DNA of 49,916 nt from Toensbergia leucococca. Its lineage: Eukaryota. The position numbers and the translations under genes are program-made. Positions 49,370-49,916 of this stretch are shown here, piece after piece. Under the pieces are notes generated by a model, which was not told where the DNA came from, made no database searches, and saw only the letters and a list, made by a program, of their open reading frames with translations. The DNA lies in contig JALDZS010000173.1 in the NCBI GenBank assembly GCA_022813965.1, positions 1-49,916 on the forward strand, read 5' to 3'. Each line of letters starts with the position of its first letter. Position 1 is the first letter of the stretch.

Positions 49370-49916
49370 AAGAAGTTCTTACGGTGGTAGAGAATGGAGT
49401 AACAGTGAGTTGACGAGACTATGACTTTTCGGGTTATTTCTTCTATTCTGCAAATATCAGACAGAGGTCCTCATACCAGCGGGTAGATCTGGAAGGAAGA
49501 ATTTCGAACACCACAATTTTTGCGATTCTATCATCGCCGTGAAGCGATCTCATTTTACCGCTCCTCCCGTGCATGTTAGACGCTAGAGATCACGGAATTT
49601 TAATTGGCAAAGGTACGAGTAAGGTATGGGCTCTACTTCTGGTCTAGCCACTTGAGGTACCCAGCAGCAGTCTGGCTAAAGCTCATTTGGTCAGCTACAT
49701 GTATTGACATGCAAGTAAATCCCTTGCGCTATTGCCGTTGCCATTGTACGTATCTGCCGTATTTTGGACAGTCGGCAAGCTGCGTGACGAATAAGTTCAA
49801 AGAAGAGAAGCGAAATACTGATGCTGGATTTACAAAGAGGCTGCCTCGTAATGAACGTTAATTGGCTGCCTCGTTTTGTAATATTATACTGACTAGTCTC
49901 AGGCCCTGGTGAGGCT

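Noticed and set aside
1..49916. Starship element, CRISPR array, rRNA, or secondary-metabolite core gene
   Set aside because: No tyrosine recombinase captain, regular repeat-spacer array, rRNA-like sequence, or PKS/NRPS motifs seen.

Overview
Eukaryotic DNA from a filamentous ascomycete (Pezizomycotina; short GT/GC-AG introns with CTAAC/CTGAC branch points). I hand-spliced about 15 apparently intact genes: a HeLo-like/ankyrin protein, two MFS transporters, a Ser/Thr-rich single-pass protein, a DUF6594 membrane protein, a caspase-fold protease, a chimeric twin retropepsin, an uncharacterised multi-pass protein, a pogo-type HTH-esterase fusion, a 56-aa Cys-rich micro-protein, a DUF3176 protein, a HerA/FtsK-like ATPase, a CBM21-GH15 glucoamylase, a tetraspanin and one hypothetical ORF. 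There are also several pseudogenes and transposon relics: two solo LTRs with intact 5-bp target-site duplications (TSDs), two copies of a non-coding long-inverted-repeat element, and a gypsy integrase remnant. The best candidate for an undescribed system is 15.1-24.5 kb, reading DUF6594 <- caspase-like protease <- DUF6594 (with an in-frame stop) -> twin aspartyl protease. This resembles the protease plus membrane-effector logic of fungal cell-death loci, but the functional link is inference. All family assignments come from motif recognition by eye; no searches were run.
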